A stretch of DNA of 32,478 bases, from contig JBCBZT010000066.1 in assembly GCA_039815185.1 (NCBI GenBank), positions 1 through 32,478 of the forward strand. Reading direction: 5' to 3'. Of the stretch, positions 7,595 to 17,300 are shown piece by piece. A model generated the notes under the pieces. It was given only the letters and a program-made list of their open reading frames with translations, was not told the DNA's origin and ran no database searches. Each line of letters begins with the position of its first letter. Positions within the stretch are counted from its first letter, which is position 1. Position numbers and translations under genes: made by a program. This DNA comes from Cyanobacteria bacterium P01_A01_bin.123. GTDB taxonomy: Bacteria; Cyanobacteriota; Cyanobacteriia; Phormidesmidales; Phormidesmidaceae.

Positions 7595-8917
7595 ATGACA
7601 GTTGATTTACCTGATGTGTTTGGTACTTTTCCTCGCGGCTTTTCCGGCGATACCGATTTTGCTTGGCCACTGATTCGTGCAGATCAGCTAGTCACGCTTA
7701 ACTATGGAAAGGCATTAGTAGCGCGCAATCGACAACCCGGTAAAGTCCCTGTCTATGGAACTAATGGGCAATGCGGCTGGCACAACGAGGGTTTAGTTGA
7801 AGGTCCGGGAGTCATTCTTGGCAGAAAAGGAATGGGACCTTTGGGAGTCGAGTGGTGCGAAGCAGACTATTGGGTAATCGATACGGCTTACTATGTCACG
7901 CCGAACACTCCTGACCTCGATCTGAAATTTTTCTACTACTTGGTTAAATACATTGGACTGAATCACCTTAAGGATGGGACTTCCAACCCCAGCTTGTCTC
8001 GTGATACTTTTTCAGCTCAGCTCTTGCCGTTTCCACCGATCGCGGAGCAAAAACAAATCGCCCATATTCTCGGAACCCTCGACGACAAGATCGAACTCAA
8101 CCAGCAGATGAACCGGACGTTGGAAGGAATCGCCCGCGCGCGCTTCAAATCCTGGTTCATCGACTTCGACCCCGTCCGCGCCAAGCTCGATGGTCGTCAA
8201 CCCTCCTCAGGCATGGATGCTGAAACTGCGGCCCTCTTTCCTGATGTGTTTGAGGATTCCGCTTTAGGCACGATTCCGCAAGGTTGGCAGATCACTTCTT
8301 TTGAAAGCCTATTTCTTGTCCCTCTAAGAAATGGTTTGACAAAACCGAAGAGAGTAAGAGGATTGGGCACCTACATGGTGAATATGGGAGAACTCTTCGG
8401 ACATCGTCGAATCGGCAATATTGAGATGGAACGAGTACCACTCACGGAGTCAGAAGCCAATAAAACTCTCCTTCAGGTAGGTGATCTGTTATTTGCTCGT
8501 CAATCCTGAGTTTGGTCAGGTGCAGGACAGTGCTCAATCATTACTAAAGCCACAGAACCTCGTACTTTTGAAGGTCATCTGATTCGTTGCCGCTTGAACA
8601 CTGAAAAGGCAGAGCCGTGGGTTTTCTTCTATTATTTCTGGTCGAATGAGGGACGAAGCAGAATTGAATCATTAATTGAGCAAGTTGCAGCAGCAGGAAT
8701 CCGAGGTTCAGATTTAGCTAAATTACTCGTACTAGCTCCTCCGATAGGAATTCAGAAACGCTTTGCATCATCGGTTAACGAATTAGAGGCTAGAATCGCG
8801 GCTAACGAAAACGAATCTCGTACCTTAGCCCAACTCCGTGATGCTCTCCTCCCCAAACTCCTCTCCGGCGAAATCCGCGTCAAAGAAGCCGCGCAAGCAC
8901 TGGAGGCAGTGGCATGA
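7595..8917 (+). pseudogene. hsdS: Type I RM specificity subunit S interrupted by one in-frame TGA (8507-8509)
   Basis: TRD1, central conserved region ([31 protein letters not shown]), TRD2 and C-terminal LAQLRDALLPKLLSGEI. ORFs 7595-8509 and 8594-8917 share a frame that is open after the stop (ARQS*VWSGAGQCSII...). Confidence 0.9.
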
Positions 8918-9372
8918 TGCTGACTCGAGAAGAGTTCGAGGAACTAATTACCGAGCCGTCCAAACGGATTGACGAAGACATCCAATGGGCAAAGGACAAC
9001 AACAACCTTCTTTGGGTCAAGTTCCGTGCCGCAGTCATTACGGACAGTGGCCATGACCTCTTCATACAAGGCAGCTTCAACGCCTTCAACAACAAACTGA
9101 GCTATCACCTGATTTATCGCCCCGTAGGTCGCATCTACGGCCTCGACCTGGGCCAAGAGCACACCAATCCCGACAGACAGCGTATTGGTGAAACCCACAA
9201 GCACCGCTGGACAGAAACCTTCAAAGACAAAGCAGCCTACGCCCCACCCGACATCACCGCTCCAGCCACCCAACCTGTAGAAGTGTGGCAACAGTTTTGC
9301 CAAGAAGCTGGAATCCAACATAATGACACCATGTCATTACCGCCAGATCAGCAGTTAGACCTGTTTTTATGA
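8914..9372 (+). CDS. Uncharacterised DUF6978-like protein
   Basis: Motif GRIYGLDLGQEHTNPD...ETHKHRW...AYAP...FC; ATGA-coupled to hsdS and to the next gene. Family recalled from the motif. Confidence 0.65.
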   Translation: MMLTREEFEELITEPSKRIDEDIQWAKDNNNLLWVKFRAAVITDSGHDLFIQGSFNAFNNKLSYHLIYRPVGRIYGLDLGQEHTNPDRQRIGETHKHRWTETFKDKAAYAPPDITAPATQPVEVWQQFCQEAGIQHNDTMSLPPDQQLDLFL

Positions 9373-10139
9373 GCACTGCCCTCTGCCAAGAAATCGCGGA
9401 TACCATCGGGCAACTCTTCGAGTGCGCCGAAGTGAACGGATTCGTGCGGATTCGTACACCTTATCTGTATCCCGATGGCGACGTGATCGACCTCTATTGG
9501 AGAGAGCAGAACGGGCAGCAAATTCTCACAGACTTAGGCGACACGCTGCGCTGGTTAGATACTCAATCTCCCAGTCAGCAACTTTCCAAAAGGCAAGAAC
9601 AGCTCCTGCAAGATATTCGCCTCACCCACGGCGTTGAGATCTATCGGGGCACCCTACTCCTGCGCGTCAGCCCCCAAGAATCTCTGGCAACGGCCATTAC
9701 TCGCCTCGCCCAATCAGCGTTGGCGACGGCTGACCTGAGTTTTTTGTCGCGATCACGCCTTACAGGCTCCATCACCGACGACATCGCCGACTTCCTCCAG
9801 GAAAGGCATATCCGCTTTACTCAAAACGAAAAGCTCACGGGGCGCTCGGGCCGTTCTCGCCGCCTCGACTTCCAGACTTTCCATCCCCGCAGAACCTCAT
9901 TTGTCGAAGTCCTAAGCACTGGTAGCAAGTCCGCTGCTAATCAGCGCGTTGATACCGTCCTCGCTACCTGGATCGACTTCTCCCATTACAAAGTCGGACA
10001 GCAGCCCACCCGCTTCATTTCTCTCTTCGACGACACCCTCGATGTCTGGTCAGGAGAGAACATCCGCCAACTACAAGACTTTTCGGATGTCGCCTATTGG
10101 TCACGCTCCGACGAGTTCGCTGAGTTGCTAGTCGCCTGA
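9369..10139 (+). CDS. DUF1828 (N-terminal) plus DUF1829-like nuclease-fold (C-terminal) protein
   Basis: IRTPYLYPDGDVIDLY...LTDLGDTL at the N-terminus; C-terminal LTGRSGRSRRLDF...VEVLS resembles a restriction-endonuclease-like fold. Confidence 0.75.
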   Translation: MSTALCQEIADTIGQLFECAEVNGFVRIRTPYLYPDGDVIDLYWREQNGQQILTDLGDTLRWLDTQSPSQQLSKRQEQLLQDIRLTHGVEIYRGTLLLRVSPQESLATAITRLAQSALATADLSFLSRSRLTGSITDDIADFLQERHIRFTQNEKLTGRSGRSRRLDFQTFHPRRTSFVEVLSTGSKSAANQRVDTVLATWIDFSHYKVGQQPTRFISLFDDTLDVWSGENIRQLQDFSDVAYWSRSDEFAELLVA

Positions 10140-10196
10140 GAACACAGTCTGAAAATTGCGCCTAGAATTTAACATAGCGATCCTAGGTAACGGCTG

Positions 10197-10763
10197 ATGG
10201 TGCAAACGCCCTCCAAACCCATCACTCTCCAAGAGTTTCTGCAATTGCCAGAGACCAAACCCGCCAGCGAATACATCGATGGACACACCATCCAAAAACC
10301 CATGCCCCAGGGCCAACACAGCACGATTCAGGGAGAACTTGTCACCACTATCAACGCCGTGACCAAAGCGAGTCGGATTGCCTGGGCGTTTCCAGAACTC
10401 CATTGCACATTTGGCGGACGCTCCATCGTTCCCGACATTGCCGTCTTCCAGTGGGAACGCTTGCCCGTCAACGAAGACGGTAGCATTGCCAACACCTTCA
10501 ACGCCCAGCCCGACTGGACCATCGAAATCCTCAGTCCCGAACAATCCTCCACCCGCGTTACCAGCAACATTCTTCACTGCCTCGATCATGGATGCCAGCT
10601 CGGCTGGCTCATCGACCCCGGCGAACGGCTCGTGCAAACCTACGACCCCGACAAACGCCTCACCTCCCTGGAGTCTCCCGAAGACCCACTACCCATTCCT
10701 TCTTTCGCTGAAGCCCTACACCTCACCGTCGGCCAACTCTTCGGCTGGCTACAAGTTCGCTAA
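10197..10763 (+). CDS. Uma2 (DUF820) family endonuclease
   Basis: EYIDG..KPMP...HS, IVPDIAV, PDWTIEILSP and GWLIDP. Confidence 0.93.
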   Translation: MVQTPSKPITLQEFLQLPETKPASEYIDGHTIQKPMPQGQHSTIQGELVTTINAVTKASRIAWAFPELHCTFGGRSIVPDIAVFQWERLPVNEDGSIANTFNAQPDWTIEILSPEQSSTRVTSNILHCLDHGCQLGWLIDPGERLVQTYDPDKRLTSLESPEDPLPIPSFAEALHLTVGQLFGWLQVR

Positions 10764-10956
10764 AGCTACCTACAAGTGGCAATCTACTTACAACCCCTAG
10801 CACAACATGGATAAAGCGCCCATTCGGGAGAAAAAGAAGAAGAAACCAAAGCGTTAGCTGTAAAACAGTTTCAGATGCTTTGACCTTCACTAACGTAGTG
10901 GGAATACTGACATCGGGATATCTGCCGTCTCTCCCGTCCTCTCACCCCACAGCCCT

Positions 10957-13900
10957 ATGAACCACAACGGCATGACTGAATCTGAGGTCGAAGCAGCTGC
11001 CCTCTACTACCTCGACTCCCTCGGCTACACCTGCCTTCACGGCAGCGACATCGCCCCTAGCGAACCCAGCGCCGAACGCGACAGCTACAGCGACGTCATC
11101 CTCACCGATCGCCTCCACGCTGCCCTCACCCGCCTCAATCCTCAAGTTCCCGCCGACGCGATCGACGAAGCCCTGCGCCAGGTCATCCGCAGCGAAAGCC
11201 AAAACCTGATTGAAAACAATCGCCGCTTCCACAAACTCCTCACCGACGGCATCCCTGTCACATACCAGCGCGACGATCGACGAGTTAATGACCTCGTCTG
11301 GCTCATCGACTTCGACCAGCCCCACAACAACGACTGGCTCGTCGTCAACCAGTTCACCGTCATCGAACACACCAACCGTCGCCCAGATATCGTCCTCTTT
11401 CTCAACGGTTTACCCATCGTCGTCATCGAACTCAAAAACGCTGCCGATGAAAATGCCGACATCGAAGCAGCCTTTAACCAGCTCCAGACCTACAAGCGCG
11501 ACATTCCCAGCATCTTCACCACCAACGCAGCGCTAATCATCTCCGATGGCCTCAGCGCCCGCATCGGCACCCTCACTGCCGATCGCGCCCGCTTCATGCC
11601 CTGGCGCAATCCGCCCACTCCCGCCGACAACGTCATTCCCCTCGACTCCCGCCGTCAGCCCCAAGCCGCTGAAGCCAGTGGCACCTATGCCACCAGCGCC
11701 ACCAACGAACTCGAAGTCCTCCTCAAAGGCGTCTTTCAGCCCGATCGCACCCTCGACCTGATCCGCTACTTCACCGTCTTCGAGAGTGATGGTGAAACCG
11801 TTATCAAAAAGATGGCAGGCTACCACCAGTACTACGCCGTCAACAAAGCCGTCGAAGCCACTCTGCGCGCCACCGCTGCCGAGGGCGATCGCCGGGCGGG
11901 CGTTATCTGGCATACCCAGGGTTCTGGCAAGAGCCTCTCTATGACCTTCTACGCCGGAAAAATCGTCCAGCATCCCCAGATGGCCAACCCCACCCTGGTA
12001 GTGCTCACGGATCGCAACGACCTCGACGACCAACTCTTCACCACCTTCTCCCACTGCCAAGACCTACTGCGGCAGACACCCCAACAGGCCGAAGATCGCG
12101 CCGACCTAAAAGCCAAGCTCCAGGTCGCTTCCGGCGGCATCGTCTTCACCACCATTCAGAAATTCGCCCCCGACGACCGAGGCGGCGAGTACGAGATGCT
12201 GAGCGATCGCCGCAACATCGTCTTCATTGCTGACGAAGCCCATCGTTCCCAATACGGCCTCAAAGCCCGCGTCGTCACTACCACCAACCCAGACACCGGA
12301 GCCGACGAAGCCCGCATGGCCTACGGCTTCGCTAAATATCTGCGCGATGCCCTGCCCAACGCCTCCTTCATCGGATTCACCGGCACCCCTATCGAATCCA
12401 CCGACAAAAACACCAAACAAATCTTCGGCGACTACATCGACGTGTACGACATCCAGCGGGCCGTCGAAGACAACGCCACCGTCAAGATCTACTACGAAGC
12501 CCGTCTGGCCAGACTTGATCTCGACAATAACGAACGGCCCCATATCGACCCCGACTTTGAAGAGGTTACCGAAGGGGAAGAAATCACCACCAAAGAAAAG
12601 CTGAAAACTAAATGGGCACAGCTCGAAGCCATGGTCGGCTCCCCCAAGCGGCTGTCTCTAGTGGCCCAGGACATCGTGCAGCACTTCGAGAACCGACTCG
12701 CCGCTATGGACGGCAAGGGCATGATCGTCTGCATGAGCCGCCGCATCTGCGTTGCCCTCTATGAAGAACTGGTGCGCCTGCGCCCCGACTGGGAGGCTGC
12801 AGACGATGACGCTGGTGCGCTTAAAGTGATCATGACTGGCAGCGCTTCCGACCCCGAAAACTACCAGTCCCACATCCGCACCAAAAAGCGCCGGGAAACC
12901 CTGGGCAAACGCCTCCGTAATCCCGACGATCCGCTCAAGCTGGTTATCGTCCGCGATATGTGGCTCACCGGCTTCGATGCCCCCTGCCTCCACACCATGT
13001 ATGTCGATAAGCCCATGCGTGGCCACAATCTCATGCAGGCGATCGCCCGCGTCAACCGCGTTTTTGGGGGGAAAGCCGGAGGCCTGGTGGTGGACTATAT
13101 CGGTATTGCCGAAGACCTGAAGGAAGCGCTAAAAGACTACACCGAGCGCGATCGCGGCCAAGCGGGCATTCCCATGAACCAAGCGATCGCCCTGATGCAG
13201 GAGAAATACGAAGTCGTGGCAGGGGTGTTCCATGGCTTCGACTACCGAGCATTTCATACGGCGTCTCCCCCAGAGCGTCTCACCATCCTGCGCAATGCCA
13301 TGGACTGGATACTGCGCCCCGAATCTGTTGAGGAGAAAGGCTCCCAGCGCTACATTCAGGCTGTGACGGAACTCTCCAAAGCGTTTGCCCTTTGCGCTGC
13401 CGAAGATAACGCAATTGCCATACGAGAGGATGTCGGTTTCTTCCAGGCGGTGAAAGCAGGACTGACCAAACATACGGTCGAGGGGGGTAAAAGCCGTGCT
13501 GAGCTAGACGCAGCTGTGCGTCAGATTGTCTCTCGCTCGGTTGCCTCTGATCAGGTCATCGATATTTTTGAAAGTGCCGGTCTTGATAAACCGGAATTCT
13601 CTATTCTCTCTGAGCAGTTCCTGGAAGAGGTGCGCCAGCTCCCCCAGCAAAATCTGGCCTTGGAAGTACTGCGGAAGCTGTTGAACGATGAGATCAAGAC
13701 GCGATCGCGCCAGAACGTAGTCCAGTCCCGCACTTTCTCAGAGATGCTGGAAGCCTCTATTCGCCGCTATCAAAACCGGGCCATTACTTCCGCTGAGGTC
13801 ATTCAAGAACTCATCAAACTTGCCGAAGAAATACGTGAAGCCAAACGGCGCGGTGTTAACTTAGGGCTCACTGAAGATGAACTCGCTTTCTATGACGCGC

Positions 13901-14142
13901 TTGAAGTCAACGATAGTGCCGTCCGAGTTCTCGGTGATGAGACTCTCAAGAAGATTGCCCGTGAACTGGTCATCGCTGTTCGTAGAAATGTCACCATTGA
14001 CTGGACTCAGCGAGAGAATGTGCGGGCCAATCTAAGGGTTCAGATCAAAAGGCTCCTGAAAAAACACGGATATCCCCCTGACAAGCGAGAAGCGGCTGTT
14101 GTCACTGTCCTAACTCAAGCTGAAACACTCTGTAAGGGGTGA
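10957..14142 (+). CDS. hsdR: Type I RM restriction subunit R
   Basis: Nuclease [20 protein letters not shown], Walker [30 protein letters not shown] and QAIARVNR. Confidence 0.97.
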   Translation: MNHNGMTESEVEAAALYYLDSLGYTCLHGSDIAPSEPSAERDSYSDVILTDRLHAALTRLNPQVPADAIDEALRQVIRSESQNLIENNRRFHKLLTDGIPVTYQRDDRRVNDLVWLIDFDQPHNNDWLVVNQFTVIEHTNRRPDIVLFLNGLPIVVIELKNAADENADIEAAFNQLQTYKRDIPSIFTTNAALIISDGLSARIGTLTADRARFMPWRNPPTPADNVIPLDSRRQPQAAEASGTYATSATNELEVLLKGVFQPDRTLDLIRYFTVFESDGETVIKKMAGYHQYYAVNKAVEATLRATAAEGDRRAGVIWHTQGSGKSLSMTFYAGKIVQHPQMANPTLVVLTDRNDLDDQLFTTFSHCQDLLRQTPQQAEDRADLKAKLQVASGGIVFTTIQKFAPDDRGGEYEMLSDRRNIVFIADEAHRSQYGLKARVVTTTNPDTGADEARMAYGFAKYLRDALPNASFIGFTGTPIESTDKNTKQIFGDYIDVYDIQRAVEDNATVKIYYEARLARLDLDNNERPHIDPDFEEVTEGEEITTKEKLKTKWAQLEAMVGSPKRLSLVAQDIVQHFENRLAAMDGKGMIVCMSRRICVALYEELVRLRPDWEAADDDAGALKVIMTGSASDPENYQSHIRTKKRRETLGKRLRNPDDPLKLVIVRDMWLTGFDAPCLHTMYVDKPMRGHNLMQAIARVNRVFGGKAGGLVVDYIGIAEDLKEALKDYTERDRGQAGIPMNQAIALMQEKYEVVAGVFHGFDYRAFHTASPPERLTILRNAMDWILRPESVEEKGSQRYIQAVTELSKAFALCAAEDNAIAIREDVGFFQAVKAGLTKHTVEGGKSRAELDAAVRQIVSRSVASDQVIDIFESAGLDKPEFSILSEQFLEEVRQLPQQNLALEVLRKLLNDEIKTRSRQNVVQSRTFSEMLEASIRRYQNRAITSAEVIQELIKLAEEIREAKRRGVNLGLTEDELAFYDALEVNDSAVRVLGDETLKKIARELVIAVRRNVTIDWTQRENVRANLRVQIKRLLKKHGYPPDKREAAVVTVLTQAETLCKG

Positions 14143-14346
14143 CTGAAGCGAAGCTGCTACGAAGTGCCATAAGCGAGTTGCTACAGCCAAAAACCCGAAA
14201 TCAGAGGGCAATTCCATAAGTTTGGCCAATCCCAGCCACCATGCCTGCTCGACTAGGTACGGCCTTAATGTACCGAGTATCGCCAGAATGCTGATTCCAC
14301 CAGCGAGCAGTAGCGCACAAAGCCTTATGCCTACCGCGACATGACG

Positions 14347-17300
14347 TTACTGATCGCAAAGCATACGATCGCGGGGATTCAACGCCTCATTAGTGGCTAG
14401 ATAATCCTGTAAATGTTCGCAGCCCTGAGTCAGTAGCCGTTCCAAAGCATTCGGATCATTCAAGGACTGCCAAAGGGCCAAAGGCGGTGGCAGCGCCACA
14501 CCATCCCCAGCCAAAAGTTGGGGGGTTAGGGTTGCTGGGGCTGGATCAAAGGTGCTGATTAAATCCCCTGTGGTGGGCTGCCACACTTTGGTGACGCCGT
14601 TGCGATCTTCAGACACGAGGGTCTGCCCGTCGCCGCTAAACCGCAACCGCACAACGCCATCCTGATGACCGCTAAGGGTGCGTAACCGGGTACCATCGGC
14701 AACCCGCCAGAGCTGAATGGTGTAATCCCAACTGGCAGAAGCCAGCATCGAACCATCGGGGCTAAAGGCTAGATCGGCGATCGCCAGGTCATGCCCCGCC
14801 AGGGTGTGCAACAGAGACCCATCCGGGTGCCACAGCTTGATCGTGGTGTCATCACTGCCCGTGGCCAACACCATTCCTTTAGGGCTCCAAGCCACGCTAG
14901 TGAGACTGTCTTGGTGGCCCTCTAGCGTATGCAGGGGTTGCGCTGTGGCAATATCCCAAACGATGGCGCTTTGGTCGGCACTACCGGAAATCAGCTGTTG
15001 TTCATCGGGGCTAAAGCTAAGGCTGGTGATGCGATCGCGATGTCCCGCCAAAACGCGACTAGCACCACCCGACTGCCAATCCCACAGCCGAATCATGGTG
15101 TCGTCCCCCCCCGTCCCTAGCAGCTTGCCCGTGGGACTAAATGCCACCGCCAACACTGGCCCATCGTGGCCTGTCAGCGTTTGACGCTGATTGGGCGATT
15201 GCACCATCACCTCCCCGTCCCAGCCACCAATAGCGTAGGTCTGCCCATCGGGGCTCAGGGCCACAGCATAACTGCTGGGATCGGCAGCTTCTAGCCTATC
15301 TGGGGCGATCGGTGCCGCCCAAAGGCGCAGGGTGTTATCGGCCCCAGCCGACAGCAGCATGACCTGCTGTATCGATTCAGCGTCCTCCGTCACAAGGCCT
15401 GTAGGGGCAAATGCCAGGCTGTGAACCGTCGCCCCGTGTCCCTGCAACTGGGTTAGGGGTTCCCCACTGTTAGCACGCCATAGCTGCACAGTACCGTTGG
15501 CGTCTCCGGCTACAATCAGCTGACTGTCTGGACTGACCTGAACACTGGTAAACCGATTAGAACCGTTATCCAGCGGGGTGAACGTATCATCTAGGAAAGA
15601 CCAGACCCCCAGGGTTTGATCATCACTCGCGGAGACTAGGAACTGACCGTCGGGACTAAAGGCGAGATCATTGACGCGATCGCCAGGGTCCGAACGACGC
15701 TGCAAAGACTGCCCGGTGTTAACATCCCAAAGACGCAGGGTACGATCTTCGCCACCCGAGACCAACCGTTGCCCATCGGGGCTAAACTGAACCGCATTAA
15801 CCCAACCTTGATGCCCACTCAGGGTTTGCAAACGCTGTTGATCAGCCACCCGCCAGAGCTGAATTGTGCCGTCGCGGCTGGCGGTTGCGAGAGACTGACC
15901 ATCAGGACTAAAGGCTAGGCCACCAATCCAATCACTATGGGCGTTAAACAAGGTCGGCGGGGTTTCTTTGCCCAACTGCCAAAGCCACACTGAGCCATCC
16001 GCGTTAGCGGCGGCAAGCAAATTCTCTTCAGGATTGAAGGCGACATCCGTAAAGCGATCGCCGCTGCCCGCTAGCACCTGTAGCAGCTCCCCCGTACGGC
16101 TCCACAAACGAACGGTACCGTCATCGCTGGCAGAAGCAATACGACTCCCGTCCGGGCTAAACACCGCGCGATTTACCGTTTGTGAATGGCCTAAAAAACG
16201 ATTGCGTTCGCTGACCTGAGTTACGGCTTGATATAGGGTTGCCAGGGTATGCGATCGCCCGCTGGCCAGGGTTTGGCGACTGAGCCCAAACCCATTGAGG
16301 CGCTGGAGCTGCTGCCCGGCTCGAATGCTGGTGATTAGCGATTCCAACGGTTGCTGAGAGCGCAACTGAGCGTCAGCCAGGGAATTCAATGCCGAAATTT
16401 CATTGGCGATCGCCTGTTGTCGTTGTCGATAGGCCAATCCCCCCAGGCCCAATGCGATCACCGCTAAGCTGCTGATCGCCGCGATCGCCATCTGAGCCCG
16501 TCGCAACTGTCGCCGCTGCCGCTGCTGGTCTTGCTGTTGGGCGGCAATACAGGCTTCAATGAACTGCTGTACAGGCTGGGACAGCTCATCGGTGTAATTC
16601 ACATAGAGTTCGGTCGCGGCCTCCAGACGGACACCCTGCAAAAGATATTCCGGCTGTTGTCCGGCGGTGTGCCACTGCTGGGCGGCTTGTTCGATCTGAC
16701 GCTGCGATCGCAGTCGGCTGCGGTTCTCGTCCAACCACCAGCGGAGGGTTGACCAGCGGCGGATGAGGATTTCGTGGGCGACTTCGATGGTGATGGGAGA
16801 GGGAGAGGCAGGGAGAGGTGGGGAGGTGGGGGGAGAGGGAGAGGGGGGGGATTTGGGTTGGGCGATCGCAGGGGTAGTGTCAGTCTCGGTGCTGATCACA
16901 ACTAGTTTGGCGGCGGTGAAGGCTTGTAGGGTGCGATCGACTAAAGCCGGGGAGTAGCGGGGGATGGCTAGGGCAGTGCGGGGGATGCGGCGGCGGGTGT
17001 CTTCGGTGCCGTCTCCCAACTGGGTTAGGGACAAAAATAACCAGCGGGTGCAGTCTTGGGCATCGGGGTCAAGGTTGTCATAGACGGTTTGGGCTTTGCG
17101 TTCGAGGGCACCTTGGAGTCCCCCGACGGCTTGTTGATAGGTTGCGAGTCGTAGCGTGCCTGATTCTCGCTGTAGCCAGATTTGCTCTAGCACAAACTCC
17201 AGCAGGGGTAGATTGCCAATGCCTTGCCCCAGATCTCGCAACAGCGTGTCCACTAAGACGGGTTCCACTTGCAACCCTACTTTCTCAGCGGGTTTGAGGA

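Noticed and set aside
8507..8509. Selenocysteine codon in hsdS
   Set aside because: No expected Cys or redox role at this position and no evident SECIS hairpin; a nonsense mutation is simpler.
8594..8917. Separate 107-aa gene
   Set aside because: It is the in-frame C-terminus of hsdS beyond the premature stop.
10942..13733. Many overlapping antisense and alternate-frame ORFs over hsdR (and similarly over other long genes)
   Set aside because: Shadow ORFs arising from biased codon usage; no motifs, and fully overlapped by well-supported genes.
16790..16850. Purine-rich GGGAGA tract as a regulatory repeat
   Set aside because: It encodes a Pro/Ser linker (SPPSPSPPTSPP) within the STAND protein.
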